From Vicugna vicugna (taxonomy: Eukaryota), in contig MU058065.1 in NCBI GenBank assembly GCA_013265495.1, positions 4,624,976-4,688,975 on the forward strand: 64,000 nucleotides of DNA, in the 5' to 3' direction. This document shows positions 11,200-24,469 of the stretch, piece by piece; position 1 is the stretch's first letter; every line of letters starts with the position of its first letter. A program made the translations under genes and the position numbers. A model generated the notes under the pieces. That model did not search any database. It was not told the origin of the DNA and saw only the letters and a program-made list of their open reading frames with translations.

Positions 11200-12365
11200 A
11201 CATTTTTATGCAATTGCTCTGTTGAAACTCTTATTATCTCTCAGCCTTTTTCTCAATTTCCTTGAAAATATTAGTAGTTACTTATGGTCTTTGTCTGCTA
11301 ATTCTAAGATCTGCGTCACCTGTGCCTGTTTCTCTTGGCTCTTTTTCCCTTGGTTTTAGTCACATCATCCTGTCTCTTGGTGGGCTTGGACCTTCTTGAT
11401 GGAATATTGGACATAGCTCTCTGATCTCTAGAAATTTCATGTAGCCACCTGTTCTTTTGAAGTCATTAATTTGCATCAACTTAAGATCTATGTCTAAAGA
11501 GCCTAGTATCCAGTTCATTTGCAGCGCTGTTGTCTTTTGATTTGGGGTGCTGTGTATCGTTATGCATGGTAATTCTGATTGAGTGCCAGGAATGGTCGAT
11601 GTCAATTAAGGTGGATTTTAGATGATGTTCCTCCTGCAGTGAGGACTCATCCTATCCTAGAGCTGAGTACGGGGAGTTTAGCTCAGCCTAATCAGGAAAT
11701 AATGTGACCCAGCCCTAGTTTACAGCCTCTTTGAAGTCTTGGTCCTCTTTTCACCTCCATTTCCTGGAGTGAAGCTTGCCAAGGGTCCCCGTTGAAAGAC
11801 AAGGTGTTTTCCAGGACCTCTTCTCCGTGGCAGTCTGAATTTCAATTTTTGTTTACCCAGAGATTGCCAAAAACCCTCTTCTCCTTTTCAGCTGCTTTTT
11901 ACTTAGCTTCTTAACCTCCGGTGCTGCTCAGTAAGGAACTGGCAAATAGCTAACACGGAGCACAAGGAATGTCAGGCGGACTTCTCTGCACCTCTTCATT
12001 TCCACGCTCTTGGTCTCTCAAACCCTTGATGCCTCATTGACCTAGATTCTAATTTTTGTCTTCCTGCCCTATGCTATTTTCAGAAGCTCTGCTGGCCCCT
12101 TCTACGGTTATCCTCCACCTGGTTTCACAATCTCTTACTAATATCAAAAATGAGCAAGTGCTCTGAAAGAAAAAGAAGCATGTCTACGTTCAGCTTATCT
12201 TAACGACTGTCATGTTTCTCCTGGGATCTTTCCTGTTAAATTCTGGCTACCTAAACAATTTCCCAGCGCTCTCACACAGCCTGTATTTGTATATGTTCTA
12301 TGACTTTTCCAGTTACTCTTGGTTGGTCTACTCCAACACATCAATCGTAGCCAGAAACAGAAGTC
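11200..12365 (-). mobile_element. Old LINE-1 5'-region fragment (L1M-type)
   Basis: Pyrimidine-rich text such as TCTTTGTCTGCTAATTCTAAGATCTG, CCTTGATGCCTCATTG.CCTAGATTCTAATTTTTGTCTTCC and AGCCAGAAACAGAAGTC, resembling antisense L1M 5'/ORF1 regions. Confidence 0.45.
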
Positions 12366-12929
12366 TTTTCATATTCGTGTTTCATTAATCTTGAGTTGTG
12401 TCACTATCACTGTCTTATACATGGCGTTAAAGATTGAGTGAATATATGTGGTCTATCCACAGTTACACGGTTAGAGGATGGTAAATCTTGAAACATGAGT
12501 TCTAATTTCATGTTCAGGGCTCTTTAAGTCACATCATAGTGACCCCTATTCTTTTACTAAACTAACATCTGATCAGCGGATGAGTATATTGCCTCAAAGT
12601 CTCATAAATGGAAAGGATACCGCTCCACTGTCACTGCAGTTTTGATGTGTACTAATGCAATATACACACACACACATTTATCTCACTGTCTCTCTCACTG
12701 AGCCAGGACTCTTCAAGTTTGGCACTCAACTGTAGTAAATAATTATATTATGACATACACTCTACATATTTAATATATTTAGTCTTTGTCTCAATCAAAA
12801 CACCTTTAAAAACAACCCAAGCACATTCATAGCAACCCAACTTTTAGGAATAAATTTTTATAAATAGAGTCTTTATGACAAAGTTCAACATAAGATTTTA
12901 GTAAATTTTAAAATTACATCATACTAATG

Positions 12930-13140
12930 TTTATTGATGACTTACTGGTTCCCTCATATTTCTATATGATATGTTCTGTATAGGACCTATATTATCATCC
13001 TCATTTTATAAAGGAGGGACCCAAAGTTTAGGAATATTTTAAAAACTTGCCTAAAAATGTGTATTTGTGATGCAGTCAAGCCTGAGTCCGAACCACACAG
13101 CCTGACCCAGATCCCATGTCATTAAGTACCGTGTAGCACT
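12930..13140 (-). mobile_element. MIR
   Basis: TATTATCATCCTCATTTTATAAAGGAGG.ACCCAAAGTTTAGG...AACTTGCCTAA is the antisense MIR core. Confidence 0.65.
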
Positions 13141-13379
13141 ATTCCCACATACACAGGGCAAAATACTCATAATTTTTCCCCTTTGGATTTTAATTTAATC
13201 CATCAATTTCCTGTTGTTATAAGTGGAAAACGAAAGCATTGATACAACCAAATAAATTGAAGGTGTATATGTTACAGTTGCTGCGGTAGCTACACAAAAG
13301 TCACAGAAACTTCCAGCTTAGCTGATAAGAAAGAACACAAGCATAAGGAATACATCACTGCAAAATGCTGCTAAGTGTT

Positions 13380-13570
13380 GAGTGACAAAGTCAAGAGATT
13401 TAGGAATTGAGGCAGCAGAAGAGCTGGGAGCCCATTGTTGGCAAGAACTGCATGGAGGAGGATGACTCCCGGAGCTCATCTTGAAGGTCAGAGCCTCAGG
13501 TAATGGCGGAGAAGGGCATAGCATCCCAGGAGAGTGGACCGCAGAGGCACAAACGTACCTGGTGTGACCA
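13380..13570 (-). mobile_element. L2 fragment
   Basis: GAGCTCATCTTGAAGG...AAGGGCATAGCATCCCAGG...GCAGAGGCACA. Confidence 0.45.
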
Positions 13571-13988
13571 GCCATCGATGCATAGGCATCAAAATCTCTT
13601 TTTTGGTCTCCTTTAAATAAATTTAGTATCTTTGAAATTTTAACCTTTTATTTTTGTTTATTTTAAAGAGAAAAATGAAGCAGAGCCGTTTCTACAGTGT
13701 AATTTGAACAGAATAACCAATGTAACACTTCGCCACCGAATATCACCCATCTCACTGGTCTGTATCATTTCTTAACCACTGATTTGTTGGAGTCCTCAAT
13801 TGCTCTAATAAATGCCAGTTCTCTTTGAAATGGGTCTGCCTCAAGATGTTGGCATATATCAACAGCTTATTTTAAGCTAACTGATACAGTCTCTCCATAC
13901 TTCGAGAGTATAGGTGATGTGCTAGGTACAAGAAGAAAAGGTGAGGAATTATGTGGGAGACGTACATGCACAAGGGCCAGACCATGTG

Positions 13989-14353
13989 TGAGGATAAAAC
14001 TGTGACCAGCAACCTCTGCAATCAGCCCGAAGCCTCAGGACTTGCTCAGTGAGAGCCAACGTCTCTATTTTTTGCCACTACTAATTCAGGACCAGCCCAA
14101 GGAAGTCCCCCAAACCAATCACATAAAATGCCCTGCTTCTGGATAGCCCTGGTCCAGCTGTCTCATGACCAAAACCTCCACTTGGAGCATATTAAAGTCT
14201 TCCCCTTTTTTCACTATAAAGCTTTCCCAGTCCCCCAACGCCTTTGAGTCTCTGCCAAACACAAGTGATGGTGGCTGACTCCCCAGCTGTAGCAGGAGCT
14301 GAGCGAATAGCTTCTGTTTGTTCTCATTTGGGTGGCCTTGGTTTATTTCCACA
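13989..14353 (+). mobile_element. ERV1-class solo LTR (MER67-like)
   Basis: TG...CA termini, CCAAT near 14115, TATAAA near 14215 and the 3' end TGTTCTCATTTGGGTGG...TTTATTTCCACA. A 4-bp TSD TGTG (13985-13988) / TGCG (14354-14357) differs by one CpG-type change. Confidence 0.75.
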
Positions 14354-14369
14354 TGCGCTCATGGAAGGC

Positions 14370-14780
14370 ACACTAAATCTTCATTGAGGCGTTTAGGTGT
14401 CAAGTCCTCTGTGCTGTGCCAGGGTCTGGAGCAGCTTTGATGAAAGAGGGACAAGAAGTTTCTGCCCTATGAAAGGAGCTTACAGTCTAGTAGAAGAAGA
14501 CAGGACCCCCCTCCCCACCTTGCAAAAGAAAAGGTAGAATAAAACAAATTAATAAAATGATGTGAGATAATCACGAATTGTGGCAGTTAAACAAAGAGGA
14601 TGCTAACAGGGGGAGGGGAGTGGCTTCTTAAATACTCTGGTCAGGGATGAGCTCTCTGCAGTGGACTTTCAGCTAAGACTTGATGAAGAGTCAGAGAGGA
14701 CGAGCCTAGAACAGAGTTGGGGAGGCAGACAGGTGAGGACGAGGTGGCAGGGAGGGTGAGTGTGGAGGGCTCCACATGCG
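14370..14780 (-). mobile_element. L2 3' fragment
   Basis: CTCTGTGCTGTGCCAGG...CTGCCCT...GGAGCTTACAGTCTAGTAG...GGTCAGGGA.G.GCTCTCTG. Confidence 0.6.
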
Positions 14781-14799
14781 AGGAAACATTTTAAAACAT

Positions 14800-15670
14800 T
14801 TTTTTCTGTTTAAGAAGTTTTTTATTATTATTATTATTTTATACAATTTTAAAAGTTATTTTCCAGTTATGACAAAATATTGGCTATATTTCTCACTGTA
14901 CAATACATCCTTGAGTCTTATACTCAATAGTATGCAGTTCCCACTCCCCCACCCTTATGTTGACCTCCCCCCACCACTGCCACTGATAACTAGTTTGTTC
15001 TCTGTATCTCTGAATCTGCTTCTTTTTTGTTATATTCCTTAGTTTGCTGTATTTTTTAGATTGCACATATAAATAATATCATATAACATTTGTCTTTCTC
15101 TGGCTGACTTACTTCACTTAGTATGATAATCTCTGAAAAAATGGCATTATTTCATTCTTCTTTATGGCTGAGTAGTATTCCATTATATGTGTATATACCA
15201 CATCTTCTTTATCCATTCATCTGTTGATGGACACTTAGGTTGTTTCCACATCTTGGCACTTATAAATAATGCTGTTATGAACATTGGGGTATATGTATCC
15301 TTTTGAATTAGTGTTGTTATTTTGATTTTTCAGATACATACCTAGGAGTGGAATTGCTGGGTCATATGGTAGTTCTACGTTTAGTTTTTTGAGAAACCTC
15401 CCTCCTGTTTTGCACAGTGGCTGCCCCAATTTACATTCACATCAACAGTGTCCAAGAGTTCCCTTTTCTCCACATCCTCACCAACATTTGTTATTTGTGT
15501 CCCTTCTGATGATGGCCATTCTGACAGGTGTGAGCTGATATCTCATTGTGGTTTTGATTTGCATTTTCCTGTTGGTTAGTGATGTTGACTATCTTCTCAT
15601 GTTCCTGTTGGCCATCTGCATTTCCTTTTTTGGAGAAATGTCTATTGAGTTCTTCTGCCCATTTTTTCCC
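14800..15670 (-). mobile_element. LINE-1 3' end including the ORF2 C-terminus
   Basis: T-rich tail on the left. The ORF at 15235-15429(-) reads [21 protein letters not shown], the L1 ORF2 C-terminal motif. Confidence 0.92.
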
Positions 15671-15714
15671 CTGTGTTTTTAACTTAAAAAATGTGAGGGG
15701 GTATGTTGAAGCAA

Positions 15715-15830
15715 GTATTATTCCATTTTCTGGATGGGAAAAGTGAGGCTCAGAGGGATTGAGCCGTCCAGAGTTTCAAAGCTTGTGACTGGCAGTGAGA
15801 GGTTTCCCCACTTAGGTTTTTCCTCTAGTT
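15715..15830 (-). mobile_element. MIR fragment
   Basis: TATTATTCCATTTTCTGGATGGGAAAAGTGAGGCTCAGAGGG. Confidence 0.65.
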
Positions 15831-17858
15831 CCGCCCTCCAGAGCCCATGGGGCAGCTTTCCTGGGTGTAGGTCAAAGAAGGGATTCTCACTACTGAAGAG
15901 GCTTCTTAATGGCCAGAAAGTGCAGTAACACTGGGAGCTGGAAGGAAGGAAAGGCAAGGGCTCCTGAAAGAGCAGAGGAAAAGTGATGAAACGTCAAGAA
16001 AGGCTCACTGTGGGCAAGCACCACAGACTTCACAGTTTTGCCTTAGGGCAGCTTTGAATGAATGAGTAAGGAGAGAAAAAATTATTAATAGAAGCCAGTG
16101 TCCGAACTTGCAGGGTAAAAAGGTTTGACTGAAGCATTTTGGGGTTTGAAAAATTTTTAAAATGTGTTGGTGAGCATGAAGAAGTAGTGGAGATTTTTTT
16201 TAATGGATTAAATGAAATCTGAAGCCAGTATGAGATACTAAGCGATTTCTGTTGTCATTGCTTATGCCAACAAGGTTATTTCTATCAACTTGTATCAATT
16301 TATTTTTGACTCTTTTGGCCAAGTTTCGGCAACTGGAGGCAAAAAAAAAAATCTGAAATAGAATTATGGCTGCTCCTTCTTTGGGGGCTGAAAGCAGATC
16401 TCTGTTGTTCTCAGGGGGCTGTGAGGAGTCAGACACAGGAAGGACCATGCCTTTCTGAAAACAGGATTGCCCCACAGACACCTGCCAACTGGTCTTTGGG
16501 GGACATTCCCGCCATTAGAGATATTTGAAGATATTAAAGTGCTGACAGGATCCGTTAAGGGAGAAAACAAAAGACTTCTCAGAGCGTTGCTGGATTCCCC
16601 AGGAGATGCCGTCTCCAGGATCCCAGGCTGCAGACAGCCCTTCCACTCTATTTAGGGAGCTGGCTATTTTTAGTTTTCTTTAGTTGATTCCTGGAACTTG
16701 AGTCCGTATCAGTTATTTAACTTTCCTCCACTCCCGCTCCTCCATCTGAAGTTAAAAAGATGACATACTATACAATTTCTTTCTCTCTTCTTTTGCTTCG
16801 GTGTCATGTCTGTGACAAATCTATCTTCTGAAGATCATTTTGTTATCCATTTAGGACCCGCTGCTGCCTTCTGGTTCCCCAAGCAGCCTTTTCGCCAGCC
16901 TGATGCCAGCACTGTCCCTTTGATGCAGAAGCCCAGATCTCTGAGAACATCCTTGGCTGAGAATCCACACCAAGACAATACTTAGGTGATGCAGAAGTGA
17001 CCGCAGCAGTATTGGCAAAATGCTACAATTGGCCGTCTTCACTGGCACTAATTTTGTCATTGCTGTTTTTCCTACTATTTCTCTGTGATACACTAATTCA
17101 CTGATCTCAGAGTTTCCATGACTGTAGCACCTCCTTAAAATGATAAATACCCAGTGGGGCCTGCTGTCCTATGAAACTACTTAACATCCCTGCAAAGCTG
17201 CCGAAGGAAAAGTGGCCCCCCTTCTCTGCTTGGACGAAATAATCATCAGCTGTCAGCATGGTTCCCAGAAGTGTCCCCTGATGCAAGTGAGGAGGATTGG
17301 AGACAAGCTTGAGGGTCCCATCATTCCACAGATAAAGAATAACTCCAAGAACAACATTTTTGCAGTGTGTTGTCATGGGTCAGAGTGCCCTGCCGACTCG
17401 TGGAGAGCGGGTGTGGGTGTGGGTGGAGGGGTGGTACTTGAGGTTGAAGGAGCACATCTTTTCTCTGTTTGGAGCACATGAGTTTGTCCTACCTTGTGTC
17501 ACATGAAGTGAAGCAGAAATGGAATTATAATGGGATTAATTATCATAATTTCTGTGTACCAGTCAATTTAGGAGCTGTTTGTTCTCTCACCAATTCACAC
17601 AGCATTATATAATAATACTATTACCTTTCTCCAAAGTTTATCATGAGGATAAAGTTTAAGAATTTAGAAGCACTTTGAAACATCAGCTCTACAAAATGTT
17701 AGATATGATGGGGATGGAATGGTGCAGATGCTTCCAGGCATTCCTCACAGGGAGTCGGGAGAAGTGGAAAAAGTTTGGTTCCTTTGAGATGGAGAAAGTA
17801 TCTGAGAGGTATACAAGAATTAATGCAACTCTTGAAAGCATCAGCACTAGAGTCAGAG

Positions 17859-18362
17859 TGTTACTGAGTCCAAGCTCATACTGCTTACAGCATGACAGGC
17901 CAATAAACTGGGAGGCAAGTTGTTGGGGGCAAGGAGTAGCAACTTTATTTAGAAAGCCAGCAGCTGGAGAAGATGGTGGACTAGTGTCCCAAAGAATCAG
18001 ATTCCCTGGGTTAGGATTCAGGCTATTTTTTATACTGAAAGGGGAGGGTGTGTGATTGGTTGTTGCAAACTTCTTGGTGTCTGAATCCTTTGTTCTTGCA
18101 GCTGTCCATGTAAGTCAGGTCATGATGTTCCTGTAAACCTCCAACAAAACAAATGTTATTCTCCATTCTTCAACATTTTATCACTCCATGAATGGAAAAG
18201 TGTTATGCCTTTAAAAGTCAGCACCTTGAGGATGGATTATCCTCTCTATTTCAGGCTATAGGCAACGTTCTTATCTTGTAGTAAAAGCAATAACCTTTAA
18301 CAAAGGTTAATTAAAAAAAAACCAGATCCAATATGGAGTCAGATTTATTCTTTCCTATTAAA
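17859..18362 (-). mobile_element. ERV1-class solo LTR (laurasiatherian/cetartiodactyl type)
   Basis: TGTTACTGAGTCCAAGCTC...GACAGGCCAATAAA...TTGTTGGGGCAAGGA.TAGC.ACTTTATT. The minus strand has a poly(A) signal (TTTATT near 17944), TATA (TTTATA near 18030) and CCAAT (ATTGG near 18055) in LTR order. Confidence 0.75.
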
Positions 18363-18763
18363 ATAATTGCAACCCTGGGATTGCCAATCTCTGCAGTTCT
18401 TTGTCTTTGATGAATGTCTGCCCAACAGCAGTGACATTCCACTTAATAGACCAGGAACTCTAGGTCCAAAAGTTTAAATATTTTGACCAAGTTCAAAAAA
18501 ATTAAATAGCATCTCTCTATATATGCAACAAAATTGGACAGAACTGACAGCTTGATTCTTCTGATTTGTAAACTTTTAAGGGTTTCCTCTGAGAACTGTG
18601 AAACAAGTAAGTCTATTTGCTTCCTTGAGAATCTGAATGATTAGGTCTTCAGGCTACAGTGATTTGACCACATTCCCATAAACAACAGGTTTTTGTGACA
18701 CATGCTACCTTTCTTCATACTTCAAATCTTAAGGTTTCCTTACATTTAACTATAGGATCTTAT

Positions 18764-19345
18764 TGTGACATATGCTGGAGGAGACACACATACTGTTTCT
18801 ACCTGCACAAAATCTCTTCTTATTTCTTTGATGAGAAAAGATCCCCATTTCATTTTGTAAATTGCCCTTCCACCTCTCAATGACACTGTCAAGCATGGTC
18901 TCATGAATGGCTAATAACAGCATCCCAGGCTCAGGACAATGTTATTGGCTCAGGGTAGTTGTGTGACTGAGAAAGGCCAATCAGAGTCTTTTGACATTAG
19001 CATTTTGGATGCTCAAATAAGGGAGATGCTGTCCCCTTCTGACATACAAGTTTGGAGGAAGTTGTGTCTTTCTTTACAACCACATGAAGGGATCATGCCT
19101 GGCAATAAAGCCAACTGATAGGAAGTGGATAATGGAGAAACAGAGATAGAGAGGGTGGAGAAAAGAAAGATGAGGAGGAAGAGGAGAGAAAGAGAGATGT
19201 TCTGATGATATGTTTTGTATTCCTGAATGCAGTCACTTGAAAACTCCTTATCTATCTATCTATCTACCTACCTACCTACCTGTTTTTTAGGATAGTTTGA
19301 ATTAGACTTTGTTGATGCAAACAAACATGTTTTAACTAAGATATA
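18764..19345 (+). mobile_element. Old MaLR LTR (MLT1J/K-like)
   Basis: ATTGGCTCAGGG...GTGACT...GGCCAATCAGAGTC, GAAGGGA...TGCCTG..AATAAAGCCAAC, and the end TTGATGCAAACAAA...TAACTAAGATA. Contains a (TATC)n(TACC)n tract at about 19248-19281. Confidence 0.6.
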
Positions 19346-19429
19346 TGTCTAATATAACAGACAAAGCATTATGTTGATTTTAAGAATAACATATACTGAA
19401 TAACATATATTGATTATACAGGATTTTTC

Positions 19430-19530
19430 AGCATATGTTGAAAAATATGTGCTACAATACTAAATACTATAGTACTTAATATGTATATGGCTGATACTCA
19501 ATAAAGTTGTGTTGAACGAATGAATAAAGC
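19430..19530 (+). mobile_element. L2 3' terminus
   Basis: GATACTCAATAAAGTTGTGTTGAACGAATGAAT. Confidence 0.55.
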
Positions 19531-19964
19531 CTAGTCAGTGTGATTGTTGTAAGTTTCTTCAGAGTCCAGAAATAGGATTTAGAAAGACCATCCTCTGAAA
19601 TGGAAGCTACTAAAAACCAGCCTGTTATGTATAAAATACAATGCACACTAAGATATGTTTTGAAAGTGTAGGTGATGAGATTGGGTCATCTACTGAATCC
19701 AATTAAGAAGATGGTGTTTTGCAAAAACATGTTAACAGTGCAACTGGATTGTAACATGATGGAGAAAGCTTCTGCCTTGCTCCAACCGAAGAGAAATGAG
19801 CTAAATAAAGACAAGGCGACAGCAGGAAGTGCTAATGTCTTTCCACATTGTTAAAATTGGAAAGAGAAATTGAGCCAGTATTCTCAGGAATACAGGTGGA
19901 TGTCCAGATCCCTTTCCCTAATTCCAAACTTGTAAGCAATCTTTGGCAGATATATGAATTTAAT

Positions 19965-20139
19965 CAAGGCCAGCTTCATGTGCTTGTGACCTGTGCAGTT
20001 ATGCGAGGCCCTCCCTTTTAGCTGAGCCCTGAGCTTGGTTTAATGCTGTGCTGTTGCTGTCTTGAAATTCTTCATTTTGCACAAAAGACTCTGCATTTTC
20101 GTTTTGCACCAGGCCCCACCAATTATATAACTGGTCTTG
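19965..20139 (+). mobile_element. MER53 (hAT MITE)
   Basis: CAAGGCCAGCTTCATG...GACCTGTGCAGT...CTTGGTTTAATGCTG.GCTGTTGCTGTCTTGAAATTCTT...AATTATATAACTGGTCTTG. Terminal inverted repeats are present, with an 8-bp TSD AATTTAAT / AATCTCAT (6 of 8 identical). Confidence 0.85.
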
Positions 20140-22649
20140 AATCTCATTTGTGATTATGCTTCTCATAGAGAATTATTAAAGTGGAATTTTATATTATCAG
20201 TCAATCTGCAATAGGGTTGCTTAATTAAAGGTGGTTGGCCACCAAATATGAAAAAAAAACCACAAAGTAGGTTTGCACAATTGTTTCTGAGAATCAGAAC
20301 CCAGAATGTGGCAGCAAAATATACCATAAAATGGACAATTACTATTCAGAAAGCCCTATGTAAGGAAGCTAAACCTTTCACATCGATTTAGCTTTAAAGT
20401 ATAAATACATGTACCAGCAGTTCATGATGAATAGAGAGATAAAAATGATCCCTTCAAAAAGGCAGAAGGATAGCAAATAGATATGTTGTCTTCCACAGTT
20501 TTTTTTTTATCATTTAGTTATTTTAGGTTTTCTTAGATCTTTAGATTATTTCTAGATTACTTTCAATCACACAAAAAAGGCTCTCCTAAGAAGATGCTTC
20601 AAGAAACCTAACATTTATAGAGAATATTGTGGTCTTCTTCTGAAAAAAGAGCTTGCTGATAGAGAATCTGTATCACAAAAATATTTTGACTCAACACCGA
20701 TTAGCTTTTCAATGGCTGCCTTCCTCATAGTCTTGTCCTATATGATGAGAAAATCACCACGATTTTAGCTCAAGATAAGCATCTGACAACAACTACAACC
20801 TCAACTACTGAAATGCATGTTTAAAGATGTTTATGCACAATTCAGGAAGCTACCTTGAGTCAAACATGTAAAAGCTCAAGAAACAAAAAATATAATATAT
20901 AACCAATATTATCACCAGATGGTAGACTTTGTTATCCTAATTCCATTTTACATTTAGAAAATAAATATCAGCATGAATATTTAATACATTTGCTACAACA
21001 GAGGCAAAAGGCCAATATTATTATTTTAAGAATGTGAGACTCAGAACTATTTGACTTTAATGCCACGGTAGTTTTTCTATTGCTGCACCATTGTTTTCAT
21101 TGGAATGGGCTGAAATGTTAGTAGATTGTTGCCAAAAGAGTCTAAGAAGCAACTTCGTATCTCTTCTAAAATATTGTTCTTAAGATCAATATATTTATTT
21201 TAAAAGTAGACTCTTCATTTTTTCATGGCTTGTGTAGTCATCATGCATATTGTTCATTCCGTAGAAAGGATGCATGTGTTCACATTTGAAAATAGTGCAT
21301 CTTCAGCATTTTAAAGTAAGATACCAGCTGAAAATGAATATGCAACAGAAGATTTACCTCAGTTCACCTGCTAGCAGTCCATTCATCTGGCCTTATCGTT
21401 TTTAAATTATCGGTGAAAATTTGTTTACTCTGAAAATGTTGAAAGGAGGTGTCAGTGCTTCTCAAAGAGCTCTGGAGAAGCATGTCTTGTGTAAGAAGAG
21501 GCCATGTTACTTGTTCCCTTGTGTTCTTATTTGCACTTGAAAGGAGAGCTTACCTGGTAAGAGGTCCAGCTATCCTGGGATCCTTGTAGGAGAAGATGAT
21601 TTCTGCAGAGGGTGAAGCAATGTTAGCCATAGATTTCTAGCCCATCAGAGCCATGGTGAAGGATGTTGCCACCGGGGGCTACATTTGGAGAATCAAAGGA
21701 GACTTTAACCTAGTATAGATTTCCCAGCTTGTTTCATTGGTTCTAATTGTAAGCTTTAAAGGAACGTCGATTTTTGTTTGCTTTTTTTAAAATGTGCTTC
21801 TGTTTAAGAAAACATAATCATCCATTAATTTACACAATATATATAATCATTGAGTTCTTGTCCAAAAGGAGGCGCGTGCTTTGAGGGAGAAATAACTGCA
21901 CAGCCAGCCAGGCTAGTTCAATCCAAGAAACCGTCGTGGAGAAATATTGTTTCAACAAGCTATCAGAAATTCATGCCCACCAGAAGTATGTGTGTGACAC
22001 TGTGTTCTCTAGCATGTCAGGACAAAATAGAATGAGCAGTTTTGTCATTTGTAATGTGAGAATATAAATAGTCATTTCATAGTACTACTATAAAAATAAC
22101 AAAGTGATCAACTAAAAACCAGAATAAGCACAACAATCCAGTAAATTTAGCAAATATTTGTGCTGTTAAATATATTTATATATATATAAATACACATAAA
22201 GACATTTACACGCACCAATCAACAAAACCTAAAATATTGGGCAATCTCTGAATAGCAATATACTACAAGCTACATGCATTTTGGAGACCTCATAATTGAA
22301 GATTATCAAAATTTCAGTCCTGCTGGACAATGCACAATTTTGAGAACTCAATGAATATCAGGAGGGCAATATGTAGATTTCCAAAGTTGAGGGAACCATG
22401 CTTTGTTTGGATTTATCCCTAGGTCCCATTCCTCAGCTTCCTAAATAGAAGGAACAATTTTTTTTTCACTTGCTAATGCCCAGAGCATGGTGAATGCCCA
22501 GTAGCCCACTCAGAAAGACAGGAACCCACTTCAATTCATCACATCAGAGGGACCCTAACTCAGGCTTTATGCAGAGACACATGTACCCTGAATGAGGGCA
22601 TAATATTAGCAACTGCAAGTCTTTCAAACAGTAGAGGAGCTGAGAAATA

Positions 22650-24315
22650 ATTTTTATTCCCACTTTTACTGGCAAATGATTGACAGGTAGAATTGTAAGG
22701 TATTTAAAGTATTCAATGGGATATTATTTACATATAGAGAAGTGATTCCTACCATTGAGTTAGTTAATAGTTCTGTCACTTCGCATATTGACCCTTTCTT
22801 TTTTTTGGGAGGTGGTGAGAACATTTAAGTTCTACTCTCTTAGCAAATTTCAATCATACAATACAGTGTTTTCAACTATAGTCACCGTGTTATACATTAG
22901 CTCCTCAGACCTACTATAACTCTCACTGAAAGACTGTACCTTTTAAACAACTCTCCTTAATTCTCCCTCCCCTACAGTCCTGGCAGCCAATTTTCTACTC
23001 TCTGTTTTTATGAGTTTGACTTTTTTTTTTCCTTCCTTTAGATTCCACAAATAAGTGAAACCATGCCATCTTTATCTTCAGCTGATTTCATTTAGCATAA
23101 TATCCCCCAAGTTCATTCATGCTGCTGCAAATGACAGGATTTTCTTCCCTTTTAAGGCTAAATAATACTCCATTGTATATTCATACCACATTTTCTCTAT
23201 CTCTTTATCTGTCAATGGACTCTCAGGTTGCTTTCATTCCTTGGCTATTGTGAGTAATGCTGCTATGAATGTGGGACTACAGATATCTCTTTGAGATAAT
23301 TTCATTTCCTTTGCATATATATCCAGAAGTAGGATTGCTGAATTATATGGTAGTTCTATTTTTAAATTTTGAGGAGGCTCCATACAAGTTTCAAGCGTCC
23401 ATCAGCTGGACTTCCCACCAACACTGTGCATATGTTCTCCATTCTTCACATCTTCTCCAACATTGTTATCTCTAGTCTTTTTGACAATAGCAATCCTAAC
23501 AGGTGTTGAGGTGACATCTTACTGTGTTTTTGATTTGTATTTGCCAGATGATTAGTGATGTTGAGCAACTTTTCATGCAATTGCTGACCTGCTGTATGTC
23601 TTTTCATTTTGTTGTGGGTTCCCTTTGCTGGGCAGAAGTCTTTTAGGTTGATGTAGTCCCACATGTTAATCTTTGTTTTTATTTCTTGTCACACCCAAAA
23701 AGTCACTATTAAAACTAATGTCAAGAAGCTTTTCTTCTAGGTGTTTATTGGTTTCAGATCTTACATTCAACTCTTTAACCATCCTAAGTTGATTTTTGTG
23801 TATGACGTAACACAGGGGTCCAGGATCATTCTTTTTCATGTGGCTCTCCAGTTTTCCCAGCATCATTTATTGAAATGACTATTGTTTCCTCATTGTATAT
23901 TCTTGGTTCCTTTGTCAAAAATTAATTGACTATATAGATGTGTTTTTATTTCTGGGCTCTCTATTCTGTTTCATTGATACATGTATCTGGTTTTATGCCA
24001 ATACCCTCCTGTTTTGATTACTAAAGCTTTGTAATATAGTTTAAAATCAGGATGTGTAATGCCTACAACTTTATTTTTCTTTCTTAAGATTACATTGGCT
24101 ATTTGGAGTCTTTTGTGGATCCATATAAATTCTAGGATTTTTCTTTCCATTTCTGTGGAAAAAGCCATTGGAACGTTGACAGAGATTGCATTGAATCTGT
24201 AGATTGTTTTGGATATTATGGACATTTTAATAATATTAATTATTTCAATCCATGAGTACAGAATATCTATTTATTTGTCTCTTGTCCAATGTCTTCCATC
24301 AATGTTGTATAACTC
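22650..24315 (-). mobile_element. LINE-1, 5'-truncated (about 1.7 kb), with a decayed ORF2 3' part
   Basis: The ORF at 23971-24225(-) reads IYRFNAI...[36 protein letters not shown], clear L1 ORF2. The ORF at 23446-23664(-) reads WDYINLKDFC.AK. Frames are broken. Confidence 0.95.
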
Positions 24316-24469
24316 ATATGTTGAGTGCATATTTAAAATTATCTGAGCTTTGTTCTTACAGAAATTATATCAATGAACAAATTTGAACACAGAATTCAAA
24401 AGGGGTAGTGTTGGCCATATTTTGAAGTGAATTACGCGGTGGTGAACTGAGCAACCCTTTAGACCAGAG

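Noticed and set aside
17675..18055. 126-aa ORF
   Set aside because: It has a non-ATG start and runs from flanking DNA into an antisense ERV1 LTR, so it is probably a chance ORF.
15235..24225. L1 ORF2-like ORFs (15235-15429, 23446-23664, 23666-23866, 23971-24225) as functional CDS
   Set aside because: They are short, frame-broken pieces of 5'-truncated L1 copies and are annotated as mobile elements instead.
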